Shown here: in pieces, positions 54,255-64,000 of the stretch
How the letters are laid out: every line of letters starts with the position of its first letter
Numbering within the stretch: position 1 is the first letter of the stretch
Program-made: the position numbers and the translations under genes
NCBI GenBank assembly: GCA_050253415.1
Contig: JBFWJC010000003.1
Coordinates: 224,001-288,000 of the forward strand
DNA from: Pedobacter sp.
Lineage (GTDB): Bacteria > Desulfobacterota > Desulfuromonadia > Desulfuromonadales > Syntrophotaleaceae
Direction of reading: 5' to 3'
DNA: 64,000 nucleotides
Notes under the pieces: generated by a model
Database searches by the model: none
Seen by the model: the letters and a program-made list of their open reading frames with translations, nothing else
What the model was told of the DNA's origin: nothing

Positions 54255-55429
54255 TGTTTCCTCACCAGGCGTAAAAATTTGACCATCCCCGTACGGAAAG
54301 AATCTGTTAGCGGCAGAGGTTTTTCCTTTGCGGCAGCCTTTAAAAGCACAACACCTGCCATGAGGAAGATAAGGTTTGGTGCCCACAGCAGAAGGCCGGG
54401 CATGTTGCCTTCGACGACCAGAGTGCCGGCGACCGACAACAATACATAGTAGGCAAGAAATATAAGTAAACCGATAGCAAAACCGCTTCCGCGCCCGGAT
54501 CGCACAGGCTGAATGCCTAAAGGAACTCCAAGTAGTGCAAAAAGAAGGGGGGCAAGTGGCAATGCCATGCGCCAGTGGAATTCGGCTACCAGTTCATTGA
54601 TTTTGGATCCGTGTGCCGTATCCTGCGATTTCATGGCACGATAGAGTTCGGTTACGGACATGGTTTTTTTGTTTTTGCGTGGCTGGTCGGATTCCATCGA
54701 TGCCTGGCCAAGATTGAGATTCAGGTCGTATTGGGTAAAGCCGATGACGTGAAAAGCACCGGTCGATCCGCTGCGTTGGCGGTGAATAGTGCCGTTCTCA
54801 AGGTGTAACGTCAGGGTTAGAGTGTCCTGGTTGGATAGAATGCGACCGCTGTCAGCGAGGATGATGGCTGGGAGCGAATTGGGTCGTTCATCGGAGATAA
54901 ACACGCCCTGCATTTGCCCCGATCGTTCGTCAACATCATTGGCATAGAGTACGACGCCCTTAAATTCATCGTTAAACAACTGGGGCTGGATCCCGATGTT
55001 GGCCCGGCTACTTGCAATTTGAAAAAGTTGTTTGCGAAAAAGTTCCTCGCTGGCGGGTTTGGCCACCATGGTGAGACAAGCGGTGAGGATGCTAACGCAT
55101 AGGCCTAAAACGGCAATCGGTACGGTTATCTGATAAAGGCTGATGCCGCTGGATTTGAGGGCGAGAACTTCCTGGTCCGTAGACATGCGGCCCAAGCCTG
55201 CCATGACGCCAAGTAGGAACGACAGAGGAAGAGTGAGGACCAGCAGGGAAGGCAACAGCGAGGCGAACAGAATAAGGATATCCATAAAAGGCACACCCTT
55301 ATTGATCACCATTTCAACAAGTTTGAGGATGCGTCCCATGAGCAGGACGAGTGTGAATACAGCAAGCCCCAGAGTCATGGGAACAAGAGTTTCACGTAGC
55401 AGATAACGATAGATGCGAAGGCTTGACAT
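54251..55429 (-). CDS. lptF: LPS export ABC permease LptF
   Basis: Motifs IYRYLLRE, GRMSTDQEVLALKSSGIS and EFHWRMALP. Start is 55429 or 55438. Confidence 0.9.
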   Translation of the reverse strand: MSSLRIYRYLLRETLVPMTLGLAVFTLVLLMGRILKLVEMVINKGVPFMDILILFASLLPSLLVLTLPLSFLLGVMAGLGRMSTDQEVLALKSSGISLYQITVPIAVLGLCVSILTACLTMVAKPASEELFRKQLFQIASSRANIGIQPQLFNDEFKGVVLYANDVDERSGQMQGVFISDERPNSLPAIILADSGRILSNQDTLTLTLHLENGTIHRQRSGSTGAFHVIGFTQYDLNLNLGQASMESDQPRKNKKTMSVTELYRAMKSQDTAHGSKINELVAEFHWRMALPLAPLLFALLGVPLGIQPVRSGRGSGFAIGLLIFLAYYVLLSVAGTLVVEGNMPGLLLWAPNLIFLMAGVVLLKAAAKEKPLPLTDSFRTGMVKFLRLVRKQ

Positions 55430-55829
55430 GGCACGCATACTAATACAGTTTAGAGTGACTTGTAAATAAGTCACCTGTCTTATGCAGCATGGCAATCCGG
55501 TTCCGGATCCTTTTGGCAATGGTGGCGTTATGCCAATTTCAGACAATGATATGAGCACCCAGGCGTTAGCAAGGCTTTGCCGGGCAAGATGCTCTGCCTG
55601 AATTATTGGATATCTCCATCCGTAAGGGCGGTTTGAGCCATGTGGCACGGTTGTTCGCGGAATACCCTATGCTTTTTGGCCGTTGAGGTGTGCAACTTGG
55701 TAAGGGAGCAACTAAATGGTTTTGGCGTAGCAGGGTCGGAGAGGTGTTAAAGGATTTCGTTGGATCAAGGCAATGGTTTCTGCTTATTTTGTCCTTGCTA
55801 AAGCTGTATTTCCATGGTATTTACACCTG

Positions 55830-55925
55830 TTCACAATACGCACGTGCCCTGACTGGTGGTGGAGGTGCCTTGCCGATAAACGGATAGGTCCTGCCAAGGG
55901 AAGAGGGGCGCGGAGGCTAACCATT
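55830..55925 (+). ncRNA. rpsB 5' leader (t44-like S2 autoregulatory RNA)
   Basis: Lies immediately 5' of rpsB; CACA..ACG at the 5' end, an internal GGTGC, and GGAGGCTAACC at the 3' end resemble the conserved rpsB leader. Boundaries are approximate. Confidence 0.7.
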
Positions 55926-55941
55926 CTTAAGGAGAAAGATC

Positions 55942-56733
55942 ATGGCTCAAATCAGTATGAAACAATTGCTCGAGGCCGGGGTACATTTCGGTCACCAGAC
56001 CAAACGCTGGAACCCCAAAATGAAGCCCTATATTTTCGGGGCGCGTAACGGCATCTATATTATTGACCTGCAAAAGACCGTTCGGTATTTCAAGTCGGCT
56101 TACCAGTTCATTCGCGAAACCGTGCAGAACGGCGAAAAGGTGCTTTTCGTCGGCACCAAAAAGCAGGCTCAGGAAGCCATCCGCGAGGAAACTAATCGGG
56201 CAGGGCAATATTACATCGATAACCGCTGGCTCGGCGGTATGCTGACAAACTTTGGAACCGTCAAGAAAAGCATTGAGCGCCTCAAGAAAATCGAGACCAT
56301 GTCTCAGGACGGTACTTACGAGCTGCTGACTAAAAAAGAGGCTCTCAATCTTGAGCGTGAAAGAGAAAAGCTTGAGAAGAACCTTGGCGGGATCAAGGGA
56401 ATGACTAAACTTCCCGGAGCTATTTTTGTTATCGATCCCAAAAAAGAAACTATTGCCGTCAAAGAAGCCCGTAAATTAGGGATTCCTGTTGTGGCAGTTG
56501 TTGATACCAATTGCGATCCCGATGATATCGACTACATTATTCCTGGTAATGACGATGCCATCAGGGCCATTCGCCTGTTTGCCGCAAAGATGGCTGATGC
56601 ATGCATGGACGGTGCTGAAGCTCGTGAAGCTGCATTGCGCGCTGATTCCGACAAGGCAGAAACCGACACCAAGGACGAAGTTCCGGTTGTCGAAGCTGCT
56701 GCCGAAGAAGCTGAGCCGGCAAGCGAAGAATAA
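55942..56733 (+). CDS. rpsB: 30S ribosomal protein S2
   Basis: Motifs [21 protein letters not shown] and [10 protein letters not shown]. Confidence 0.99.
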   Translation: MAQISMKQLLEAGVHFGHQTKRWNPKMKPYIFGARNGIYIIDLQKTVRYFKSAYQFIRETVQNGEKVLFVGTKKQAQEAIREETNRAGQYYIDNRWLGGMLTNFGTVKKSIERLKKIETMSQDGTYELLTKKEALNLEREREKLEKNLGGIKGMTKLPGAIFVIDPKKETIAVKEARKLGIPVVAVVDTNCDPDDIDYIIPGNDDAIRAIRLFAAKMADACMDGAEAREAALRADSDKAETDTKDEVPVVEAAAEEAEPASEE

Positions 56734-56755
56734 TAGTCCTGAATAATTTGAGCTC

Positions 56756-56791
56756 GCAAAAGGCGGTCCGGGAAACCGACCGCCTTTTTGC
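56756..56791 (+). terminator. Terminator/attenuator-like hairpin between rpsB and tsf
   Basis: aaaaggcggtc...gaccgccttttt. Confidence 0.7.
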
Positions 56792-56854
56792 TGAATGTAT
56801 CACGGGAGTTGCGTTGCGATTGTGGCTTCCAAGCATAAATGAGGAGAGTTTTTT

Positions 56855-58505
<1,651 letters not shown>

Positions 58506-58510
58506 GAACC

Positions 58511-59068
58511 ATGTATAACGATGTCATCAAAAAAGCTCGCATCGGTATGGATAAAGCCGTAGAAGCTTTGAAAAAGGACATGACCAAAGTGCGTACGGGA
58601 AGGGCGTCCACGACTCTTCTTGATGACGTGATGGTCGATTACTATGGTACCCCGACCCCTCTTAATCAGGTTGGGACCCTTTCTGTTCCCGAGTCTCGTC
58701 TTATCACGATTCAACCTTGGGAAAAGAAACTTCTTCCTGAGATAGAAAAAGCGATTTTTAAAGCTGATATCGGGTTGACGCCCTCCTCGGACGGGCAACT
58801 TATCCGCCTCGTTATTCCGCCGATGACGGAGGAACGACGCAAGGAGATGGGTAAGTTGGTACGTAAAATGGGTGAAGACGCGAAAGTGGCGGCACGCAGT
58901 GCTCGCCGTGATGCCAACGACGCGCTTAAGAAACTTGAAAAAAATAAAGAGATCAGCGAAGACGATCAGAAGCGTGGGGAAAAGGAGATCCAGGATCTCA
59001 CCGATTCTTACGTAGTCAAAATCGACGAACTGGTTGCAGCTAAAGAAAAAGAAATAATGGTGATTTGA
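58511..59068 (+). CDS. frr: Ribosome recycling factor
   Basis: Motifs [14 protein letters not shown] and PPMTEERR. Confidence 0.98.
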   Translation: MYNDVIKKARIGMDKAVEALKKDMTKVRTGRASTTLLDDVMVDYYGTPTPLNQVGTLSVPESRLITIQPWEKKLLPEIEKAIFKADIGLTPSSDGQLIRLVIPPMTEERRKEMGKLVRKMGEDAKVAARSARRDANDALKKLEKNKEISEDDQKRGEKEIQDLTDSYVVKIDELVAAKEKEIMVI

Positions 59069-59158
59069 ACCGTGCCATGGGGCCCTTTTTGGCTGCCTGT
59101 TTTTGGGTGGGTCACAGAGGATTGTTCCCGCGGGTTGAGACGCTATACAGATAAACCG

Positions 59159-59189
59159 AGGGACGTCGGTACAGGCGTCCCTTTTCTTT
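59159..59189 (+). terminator. Rho-independent terminator after frr
   Basis: agggacgtc...ggcgtccct stem followed by a T-rich tail. Confidence 0.65.
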
Positions 59190-59288
59190 ATCCATTTTAC
59201 CGCCGATCCTGTCTTGCTGGTAAAAATTGGTTATGCTAATGTCTGAACTTTCCTAAAGGGATGCAGTTTAAAAATGGGTGGTGCTGAA

Positions 59289-60017
59289 ATGAGTATACCC
59301 CGACATCTTGCCATAATTATGGATGGCAATGGCCGGTGGGCTGAACAGCGGGGCTTGCCTCGTGTCCTTGGTCATCAGCACGGCGTGGAGACTGCCAAGG
59401 CTATTATCGAGGAGTCCAGGCGGCTCGGTATTTCATATCTGACTCTTTATGCATTCAGCTCAGAAAACTGGGGGCGTCCCGATGAAGAAGTCGGCTCGCT
59501 GATGTCGTTGCTGAATACCTTTTTAGAGAGAGAGTTAAATACTCTTCTTGCTCACCGTATCCGGCTTAATGTTATTGGGTCCATCGATCGACTCCCTGAG
59601 GTGGTAAGGGAAACCTTACATCGTACTATGGAGCGCACCGCAAGTAACAACGATATGGTCCTCACTCTGGCTCTATCGTATGGGGCACGGGATGAAATAC
59701 TCTCAGCGGTGCGGACTCTTGTTGATGATGTCATGGAGGGGCGACTCGATCCTGCATGTATTGATGAAGAGTGCTTTTCGGGTGCACTTCAAACCTCAGG
59801 CATGCCAGACCCTGATTACCTCATTCGTACCAGTGGTGAGATCCGCATCAGCAATTTTCTGTTATGGCAGATGGCGTACGCCGAAATCTATTTTACTCCC
59901 GTTCTTTGGCCTGATTTCAGCCCGACCCATCTGCACGAAGCTCTTGCCGAATTTAGCCGCAGGGAACGTCGTTACGGTTTGACAGCTGATCAAGCCCAAG
60001 AGGATGTCAACGACTGA
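59289..60017 (+). CDS. uppS: Undecaprenyl diphosphate synthase
   Basis: Motifs HLAIIMDGNGRWA, YAFSSENW and RTSGE.RISNFLLWQ. Confidence 0.97.
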   Translation: MSIPRHLAIIMDGNGRWAEQRGLPRVLGHQHGVETAKAIIEESRRLGISYLTLYAFSSENWGRPDEEVGSLMSLLNTFLERELNTLLAHRIRLNVIGSIDRLPEVVRETLHRTMERTASNNDMVLTLALSYGARDEILSAVRTLVDDVMEGRLDPACIDEECFSGALQTSGMPDPDYLIRTSGEIRISNFLLWQMAYAEIYFTPVLWPDFSPTHLHEALAEFSRRERRYGLTADQAQEDVND

Positions 60018-60028
60018 AGGAGCACGTT

Positions 60029-60826
60029 ATTAAAACCAGAATCCTGACAGCAATCATTGCATTGCCGCTACTTGTGGCTTTTATCCTTTGGACTCCCTTT
60101 TGGGGGTTTTATGCACTGACGTGCGGTATCGCGGCTTGGGCACTGTACGAATACTATGCCATGGCTCTTGCCGGGCACCGCAAGGTTGAGAAGACCTTGG
60201 CACTTGTGGCCGGGGTTGGTCTTATGACACCTTTGGTGTTTGAATACTATTCTGTGTTTGTCGGCGGGTTGACTCTGTCGGTTTTCTTTTTTGCCTGCCT
60301 GTTTCTGTTACGACATGGACCCATGAATAGTGTTGCCGGGGAGCTTGCTCTTTTACTTTTCGGTTTTTTCTATATCACCATTCCGTTGTCCCATCTGGCC
60401 CTGCTTCGTGATTTGGAATACGGCACCCGATGGGTTCTGCTGGTTCTGCTTCTGGTAATGCTCAATGACAGTTGCGCTTATTTTTCCGGCACCTTCTGGG
60501 GAAAGAAAAAGCTCTATCCCAGTGTAAGTCCAAACAAAAGTGTCGAGGGTGCTATTGGCGGGCTTGCCGGAAGTATGCTGGCTGCTGGTCTGGCTCACAT
60601 GATTTTCATGCCGTGGGCCGGTCTTATGCCGTTACTGGTCCTTGGTCTGGTGGTGGGGGTTGTGGCTGAACTGGGGGATTTATTCGAATCTCTTTTGAAA
60701 CGATCATTTGGTGTTAAGGACTCCGGCACGCTTATTCCCGGACATGGGGGTATTCTTGACCGTCTTGACAGTTTATTATTCGCTTTTCCTTTAACATACT
60801 ATTTCGCCCTGTGTTTGCAGGGGTAG
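60029..60826 (+). CDS. cdsA: Phosphatidate cytidylyltransferase (probable ATT start)
   Basis: Motifs [18 protein letters not shown] and [17 protein letters not shown]; the in-frame N-terminus [13 protein letters not shown] begins at ATT 60029. Confidence 0.93.
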   Translation: MKTRILTAIIALPLLVAFILWTPFWGFYALTCGIAAWALYEYYAMALAGHRKVEKTLALVAGVGLMTPLVFEYYSVFVGGLTLSVFFFACLFLLRHGPMNSVAGELALLLFGFFYITIPLSHLALLRDLEYGTRWVLLVLLLVMLNDSCAYFSGTFWGKKKLYPSVSPNKSVEGAIGGLAGSMLAAGLAHMIFMPWAGLMPLLVLGLVVGVVAELGDLFESLLKRSFGVKDSGTLIPGHGGILDRLDSLLFAFPLTYYFALCLQG

Positions 60827-60834
60827 AGGGAACG

Positions 60835-62019
60835 ATGGCTTTAGTAAAAAAACTTGGCATCCTTGGCTCTACAGGCTCCATTGGCGTAAGTACTCTGGAA
60901 ATTGTGGCCGCCTTTCCGGATCAGTTTGAAGTGGTAAGTCTTACCGCCGGGAATAATCTTGCCCGGTTGGAGGAGCAGATTCGCCGCTTCCGTCCGAAAA
61001 TGGTTGCGGTTATTTCCCCTGAAGGGGCCGAGCGGCTCAAAGAAAGCCTTGGCTCCGACGCTCCGCTGATTCTCTCCGGGGTTGAGGGGTTGGTGGCATG
61101 TGCATGCCACGAGGAAATTGACATGGTGGTGTCGGCTATTGTTGGTGCCGCCGGATTGATTCCTACCATGGCTGCTATAGAGTCAGGCAAAGACATCGCT
61201 CTGGCTAACAAGGAAACTTTGGTTACCGCCGGTTCTCTGGTCACCGAAGCCGTAGCCCGTTACGGGGTGCGCCTGTTTCCCGTTGACAGCGAACACTCAG
61301 CTATTTTTCAGTCCCTCGAGGGACATCGTATGGACGATGTTCGCCGGTTGATTCTTACGGCATCGGGAGGCCCGTTTCGCAACCGCCCGTTAGCCGATAT
61401 GCGTAGCGTGACAACCGCTGATGCGCTGGCACATCCGAACTGGAGTATGGGGCGCAAAATCTCGATCGATTCCGCAACCATGATGAACAAGGGGCTGGAA
61501 GTCATCGAGGCACGCTGGCTGTTTGATGTCCCGGCGGAGCGCATCGCGGTACACATTCATCCGCAGAGCATCGTTCATTCGTTGGTTGAGTACATCGATG
61601 GGGCGGTCATTGCTCAGTTGGGCATCCCGGATATGAAAACTCCGATTGCCTATGCGCTGTCACATCCCAATCGTTTACCTCTTGACCTCCCCGCGCTGGA
61701 CCTTTGCAGCATGCGCAATTTGACCTTTGATGAACCCGATCTGGAGCGGTTTCCGTGTCTGGCCCTTGCCTATGAGGCGCTCGCCATGGGTGGTACAGCA
61801 CCGGCGGTGCTGAATGCCGCCAACGAGGTTGCCGTCGATGCTTTTCTAAGTGAAAAGATTCCCTTTCTGGATATTGCCAACGTAATTCGTTCCGCACTTG
61901 AACGTCACGAAATAAGACCACTTGAGCATATTGACGAAGTTCTACGGGCCGATTTGTGGGGTCGCAAAGAAGCCCGCCTCATTATCGACAGTGCTGCCAA
62001 GGGAGGGCGTTCATGCTGA
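60835..62019 (+). CDS. dxr: 1-deoxy-D-xylulose-5-phosphate reductoisomerase
   Basis: Motifs [19 protein letters not shown] and HPNWSMG. Confidence 0.98.
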   Translation: MALVKKLGILGSTGSIGVSTLEIVAAFPDQFEVVSLTAGNNLARLEEQIRRFRPKMVAVISPEGAERLKESLGSDAPLILSGVEGLVACACHEEIDMVVSAIVGAAGLIPTMAAIESGKDIALANKETLVTAGSLVTEAVARYGVRLFPVDSEHSAIFQSLEGHRMDDVRRLILTASGGPFRNRPLADMRSVTTADALAHPNWSMGRKISIDSATMMNKGLEVIEARWLFDVPAERIAVHIHPQSIVHSLVEYIDGAVIAQLGIPDMKTPIAYALSHPNRLPLDLPALDLCSMRNLTFDEPDLERFPCLALAYEALAMGGTAPAVLNAANEVAVDAFLSEKIPFLDIANVIRSALERHEIRPLEHIDEVLRADLWGRKEARLIIDSAAKGGRSC

Positions 62020-63347
62020 AAATTGTTGGTGGCATTCTCATGCTCGGAGTACTGGTTTTTGTTCACGAGCTGGGACACTTTCTCGTTGCCAAGTGGTGCC
62101 GTGTCAAGGTGCTCAAGTTTTCCCTCGGGTTCGGCCCGAAATTGGTTTCACGTACCTGGGGGGAAACGGAATATCAAATCTGCCTTATTCCATTAGGGGG
62201 GTATGTGCAGATGCTTGGTGAAGGTGATGATGGAGAAAGTCAGCCGCTGACGCAGCAAGATAGATTACGTTCTTTTGCGGAAAAACCTGTGTTACAGAGA
62301 CTTGCTATTGTTGCCGCCGGTCCTGCCATGAATCTGATTCTGCCGTTTCTCATATTGCCGATCGCTTATTTTATCGGCATGGATCAGCCGGCTTATATCG
62401 ATAATCCGGCCTGTGCCGGTTATGTAGTGAGCGAATCCGATGCTTCCCGTGCAGGGATTCAGACGGGGGATTGTATCCTCAGTATCAATGGGGAGCCGAT
62501 CGCCAGCTGGACGGATGCTGAAAAGAAACTGTTACTTCACGTCGGGCAGGAGACCTTCCTTGTTGTCGAACGCGGAACCGAGGTTGTTGATGTGCCATTG
62601 CCGACAGACGCTTCTGTCGCAGAGGGCTTGCAGGGTCTGGGGGTATTACCGAACCAAGCTGCCGTCGTGGGGTTTTTAGAGGGTAACATGCCGGCGCAGA
62701 TGGCCGGCCTGCAGTTAAATGATCGTATTGTTTCGATAGATGGCGCAGCTATTTCTTCATGGTATGACATCCATTCTGTGGTGCAAGCCGGTGCCGGCAA
62801 ACCGATGACCTTGGTGGTTGAAAGGGGAGATGCTCTTCTGACGTTTCAACTGACTCCAGAACTCAAAGAATACGATGCTCCCGAGGATAATCGATATTTG
62901 CTTGGTATTGGCCCCCAGTTGGAGATGGTATTTAAGCGTTATTCCGCTGGAGACGCTATTACCCAGGGGATTGATCGCAGCGTTGAACTCGTTGACCTGA
63001 CATTGCTGTTCTTGCGAAAATTATTTGCCGGACATATTTCCGCTAAAAATATTGGCGGCCCTATTATGGTCGTCCAGATGGCTGGTGCTGTTGCCGAAGA
63101 GGTCGATCTGGCCAAGATTCTCTCCATGTTGGCGTTTCTGAGTATTCAGTTGGGCATTCTTAATCTTTTGCCTGTACCTATTTTGGACGGCGGCCACCTT
63201 TTGTTCGGCGCCGTTGAGCTTGTGCGTGGCAAGCCTTTATCTGAACAGGCCCGGGAGATTGCCCAACAGATCGGGCTGGTGTTGATTGTATTGCTGATGG
63301 TGTGGGCGTTTTACAACGACATCATGCGGCTGTCGTTCGGGGGGTAA
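62013..63347 (+). CDS. rseP: RIP metalloprotease RseP
   Basis: HELGH, two PDZ domains, and [11 protein letters not shown]. Confidence 0.96.
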   Translation: MLKIVGGILMLGVLVFVHELGHFLVAKWCRVKVLKFSLGFGPKLVSRTWGETEYQICLIPLGGYVQMLGEGDDGESQPLTQQDRLRSFAEKPVLQRLAIVAAGPAMNLILPFLILPIAYFIGMDQPAYIDNPACAGYVVSESDASRAGIQTGDCILSINGEPIASWTDAEKKLLLHVGQETFLVVERGTEVVDVPLPTDASVAEGLQGLGVLPNQAAVVGFLEGNMPAQMAGLQLNDRIVSIDGAAISSWYDIHSVVQAGAGKPMTLVVERGDALLTFQLTPELKEYDAPEDNRYLLGIGPQLEMVFKRYSAGDAITQGIDRSVELVDLTLLFLRKLFAGHISAKNIGGPIMVVQMAGAVAEEVDLAKILSMLAFLSIQLGILNLLPVPILDGGHLLFGAVELVRGKPLSEQAREIAQQIGLVLIVLLMVWAFYNDIMRLSFGG

Positions 63348-63349
63348 TT

Positions 63350-64000
63350 ATGAACGAATTGGTGGTTACCGTTGATACCTCCACCCCGGCGGGCAGCGTA
63401 GCTCTAAGCCGTGGGCACGAATTGCTCGGAGAGATTGTCCTGCATTTACGTGGCACGCATACGGATCGGGTGCTTAACTCGCTGAAGTGGTTGCTGGCGG
63501 AGGCTTCCGTCAGGCTAACCGACGTGGACGCTTTTGGCGTGGTGGTCGGACCGGGTTCATTTACCGGGCTGCGGGTTGGAGTTGCGACGGTAAAAGGCTT
63601 GGCCTATGCCGGTGGCGCACCCGTGGTAGAGGTTTCATCCCTGGAAACTCTGGCTATGCAGTGTCCCTCCGCTGCCTTTCCTGTATGCGCCATGATCGAC
63701 GCCCGTAAATCCGAAGTGTATAGCACGGTTTTCGATTGCCGGGCCGCCGAGCCGATAGCTTTGACCAACGATCAGGTTTTGTCACCGCAGCAGCTGCTCG
63801 ATCGTTTGGAAGGCGATCACCTGTTTATCGGCAGCGGCGCGCTACTGTATTCGGATCATATCAGGCAAAAGCTTGGTTCCCGGGCCCATTTTGTGCCCTG
63901 GACCATGGATCCACCTCGAGCTTCCGGGGCGGCCGTTCTGGTGGTGTCTCGTCTGCGGGCAGGCTTGGCTAAAACAGCTCAGGAAGTAGTTCCGCGTTAT
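63350..64000 (+). CDS. tsaB: tRNA t6A modification protein TsaB (3'-truncated by the window edge)
   Basis: Translated by hand from ATG 63350: MNELVVTVDTST...GPGSFTGLRVG...IDARKSEVY. It is absent from the ORF track because there is no stop in the window. Confidence 0.93.
   Translation, partial: MNELVVTVDTSTPAGSVALSRGHELLGEIVLHLRGTHTDRVLNSLKWLLAEASVRLTDVDAFGVVVGPGSFTGLRVGVATVKGLAYAGGAPVVEVSSLETLAMQCPSAAFPVCAMIDARKSEVYSTVFDCRAAEPIALTNDQVLSPQQLLDRLEGDHLFIGSGALLYSDHIRQKLGSRAHFVPWTMDPPRASGAAVLVVSRLRAGLAKTAQEVVPRY

Noticed and set aside
55439..55648. 70-aa N-terminal extension of LptF in the ORF track (similar extensions for lptG, HPr, pyrG and the MOSC gene)
   Set aside because: Family-like sequence begins at downstream ATGs; the extensions are artefacts of longest-ORF calling.
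55643..55658. TGGCACGGTTGTTCGC as a sigma-54 promoter
   Set aside because: The GG-to-GC spacing is one base too long for the strict -24/-12 geometry. The similar TGGCAC at 24662 lacks the -12 GC, and CGGCAC near 24853 is also off by one.

Overview
This is gene-dense chromosomal DNA from an anaerobic deltaproteobacterium. Gene content and order suggest Desulfuromonadales (Pelobacter/Geobacter-like); that taxonomic call is an inference. The right half (32.4-64 kb) is mostly conserved core: kdsB-pyrG-kdsADC-lptCAB-rpoN-hpf-ptsN-rapZ, a complete mannose-family PTS, ptsH-ptsI, metK, sahR-ahcY, lptFG, and rpsB-tsf-pyrH-frr-uppS-cdsA-dxr-rseP-tsaB. The left half is more mixed. It holds Moco genes, a pseudo-receiver/PilZ protein, an acyl-CoA synthetase with an M24 peptidase, a diheme-c/cytochrome-b fusion, a sigma-54 regulator-HEAT-HD-GYP cluster, NfeD/slipin, pyruvate carboxylase, TlpA-CcdA, fur-feoB-small Cys-rich protein-IdeR, a hybrid histidine kinase overlapping a 14-repeat LVIVD protein, and a TonB-dependent receptor. 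The best candidates for poorly described systems are (i) the HEAT/HD-GYP pair, which share a paralogous N-terminal domain, and (ii) the CHASE-type kinase with a membrane-anchored LVIVD double propeller apparently inserted into a split IPT/TIG-like domain. Other notable points are a probable ATT start for cdsA, candidate Fur and SahR operators, and no hprK in the PTS cluster. I saw no rRNA, tRNA, CRISPR array or mobile element. All family assignments come from motif recognition by eye, not from database searches.
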